From: Dendrobates tinctorius
Lineage: Eukaryota
Length of the DNA: 64,000 bases
Direction of reading: 5' to 3'
Assembly: GCF_039654945.1 (NCBI RefSeq)
Contig: NW_027361832.1
Coordinates: 1,488,001-1,552,000 of the forward strand
Shown here: piece after piece, positions 61,440 to 64,000 of the stretch
Layout: every line of letters begins with the position of its first letter
Numbering within the stretch: position 1 is the stretch's first letter
The notes under the pieces: generated by a model
Databases searched by the model: none
What the model saw: the letters and a program-made list of their open reading frames with translations, nothing else
What the model was told of the DNA's origin: nothing
Position numbers and translations under genes: made by a program

Positions 61440-63765
61440 AGACTGGGGAGCCAGGCGGACCATGACAGGGACTGAGGAGCCATGCATACAATGACAGGGA
61501 CTGGGAGCCATACATAAAATGACAGGGACTGGGGAGCCATGCATACCGTGACAGGGACTGGGGAGCCATGTATACCGTGACAGGGACTGAGAGCCATACA
61601 TACAATGACAGGGACTGGGAGCCATACATACAGTGACAGGGACTGGGGAGCCATACATACCATGACAGGGACTGGGGAGGTATGCATACCATGACAGGGA
61701 CTGGGAGCCATACATACCGTGACAGGGACTGGGGAGCCATACATACAGTGACAGGGACTGGGGAGCCATACATACAGTGACAGGGACTGGGGAGCCATAC
61801 ATACAGTGACAGGGACTGGGGAGCCATACATACAGTGACAGGGACTGGGGAGCCATGCATACCGTGACAGGGACTGGGGAGCCATGTATACCGTGACAGG
61901 GACTGGGAGCCATACATACCATGACAGGGACTGGGAGCCATACATACAGTGACAGGGACGGGGGAGCCATGCATACAGTGACAGGGACTGGGAGCCATGC
62001 ATACAATGACAGGTACGGGGGAGCCATACATAAAATGACAGGGACTGGGAGCCATACATAAAATGACATGGATGGGGGAGCCATGCATACCGTGACAGGG
62101 ACTGGGGAGCCATACATACAATGACAGGGACGGGGGAGACATGCATACAGGGACTGGGAGCCATACATACCATGACAGGGACTGGGAGCCATACATAAAA
62201 TGACAGGGATGGGGGAGCCATACATAAAATGACAGGGATGGGGGAGCCATACATAAAATGACATGGATGGGGGAGCCATGTATACCGTGACAGGGACTGG
62301 GGAGCCATACATACAATGACAGGGACTGGGAGCCATACATACAATGACAGGGACGGGGGAGACATGCATACAGGGACTGGGAGCCATACATACCATGACA
62401 GGGACTGGGAGCCATACATAAAATGACAGGGATGGGGGAGCCATACATAAAATGACAGGGATGGGGGAGCCATGCATACCGTGACAGGGACTGGGGAGCC
62501 ATACATAAAATGACAGGGACTGGGGAGCCATGCATACCGTGACAGGGACGGGGGAGCCATGCATACCGTGACAGGGACTGGGGAGCCATACATACCATGA
62601 CAGGGACTGGGAGCCATACATAAAATGACAGGGACTGGGGAGCCATGCATACCGTGACAGGGACTGGGGAGCCATGTATACCGTGACAGGGACTGGGAGC
62701 CATACATACAATGACAGGGACTGGGAGCCATACATACAGTGACAGGGACTGGGGAGCCATACATACCATGACAGGGACTGGGGAGGTATGCATACCATGA
62801 CAGGGACTGGGAGCCATACATACAGTGACAGGGACTGGGGAGCCATGCATACCGTGACAGGGACTGGGGAGCCATACATACAGTGACAGGGACTGGGGAG
62901 CCATACATACAGTGACAGGGACTGGGGAGCCATACATACAGTGACAGGGACTGGGGAGCCATACATACAGTGACAGGGACTGGGGAGCCATGCATACCGT
63001 GACAGGGACTGGGGAGCCATGTATACCGTGACAGGGACTGGGAGCCATACATACCATGACAGGGACTGGGAGCCATACATACAGTGACAGGGACGGGGGA
63101 GCCATGCATACAGTGACAGGGACTGGGAGCCATGCATACAATGACAGGTACGGGGGAGCCATACATAAAATGACAGGGACTGGGAGCCATACATAAAATG
63201 ACATGGATGGGGGAGCCATGCATACCGTGACAGGGACTGGGGAGCCATACATACAATGACAGGGACGGGGGAGACATGCATACAGGGACTGGGAGCCATA
63301 CATACCATGACAGGGACTGGGAGCCATACATAAAATGACAGGGATGGGGGAGCCATACATAAAATGACAGGGATGGGGGAGCCATACATAAAATGACATG
63401 GATGGGGGAGCCATGTATACCGTGACAGGGACTGGGGAGCCATACATACAATGACAGGGACTGGGAGCCATACATACAATGACAGGGACGGGGGAGACAT
63501 GCATACAGGGACTGGGAGCCATACATACCATGACAGGGACTGGGAGCCATACATAAAATGACAGGGATGGGGGAGCCATACATAAAATGACAGGGATGGG
63601 GGAGCCATGCATACCGTGACAGGGACTGGGGAGCCATACATAAAATGACAGGGACTGGGGAGCCATGCATACCGTGACAGGGACGGGGGAGCCATGCATA
63701 CCGTGACAGGGACTGGGGAGCCATACATACAATGACAGGGACTGGGAGCCATGCATACCACATAG
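61440..63765. repeat. 28-29-bp minisatellite, ~80 copies, with a ~1.1-kb higher-order duplication
   Basis: Unit GTGACAGGGACTGGGGAGCCATACATACA; rare variant AGGTACGGGG recurs at 62011 and 63146. Confidence 0.97.
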
Positions 63766-64000
63766 GGATGAGGGGACAATGCATATCCAGCTTATACTCG
63801 TTTCAATAAGCTTACCCAGTTTTTCATGGCAAAAGTAGGTGCCTCGGCTTATACTCGAGTATATACGTTAACCGTCTGGCTACGAGCCGGTCGTCACAGA
63901 ATAGTTCTCGGTGATGGTGCACGCAGACAGCTGTAAAGAACAGCGCCGTATGTCTTCATTATATGAATGGTCCAATTTGTCATCTAGTCAGTATTGGGCA

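Larger units (their letters stand above)
60645..63868. mobile_element. pogo/Tigger-like non-autonomous element carrying two tandem arrays
   Basis: TA-flanked TIR CCGTATATACTCGTGTATAAGCTGAG / CTCGGCTTATACTCGAGTATATACG; internal palindrome ~61150-61320. Confidence 0.88.

Noticed and set aside
61222-63784. Three ~800-aa ORFs on the minus strand
   Set aside because: All three frames give the same repetitive peptide; this is an artefact of a stop-free minisatellite strand
50926-64000. NDUFAF6 exon 7 (HGVSQEDF-like)
   Set aside because: No matching peptide found by eye; presumably lies beyond the window

Overview
Vertebrate genomic DNA, most likely a frog (inferred from the repeat landscape). It holds two host genes arranged head-to-head around a CpG-rich promoter at ~18.0-18.3 kb. 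INTS8 (minus strand) has a putative non-coding first exon and 9 coding exons and continues beyond position 1. NDUFAF6 (plus strand) has 6 coding exons, a GC-AG intron 2, and its remaining exons lie beyond 64000. The introns are packed with transposable elements. These include a full-length DIRS1-type tyrosine-recombinase retrotransposon (4.2-10.2 kb) and an apparently intact PIF/Harbinger transposon (30.7-35.9 kb). The Harbinger encodes a spliced 410-aa DDE transposase and a convergent 7-exon, 603-aa MADF/BESS-like protein, and has a same-family MITE 14 bp away. Also present are a full-length L1 with a single 1-bp frameshift (53.5-60.4 kb) nested in a Penelope-like insert carrying a minimal hammerhead-ribozyme-like motif, a decayed full-length L1 in a four-level nested stack, CR1 and Tc1 remnants, many MITEs, two minisatellite-carrying pogo/Tigger-like MITEs and several tandem arrays. 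All calls were made by eye from the sequence and the ORF track; no database searches were run. No wholly new system is proven. The best leads are the intact multi-exon Harbinger system, the ribozyme-bearing Penelope-like inserts, the satellite-carrying MITEs and the INTS8/NDUFAF6 shared promoter.
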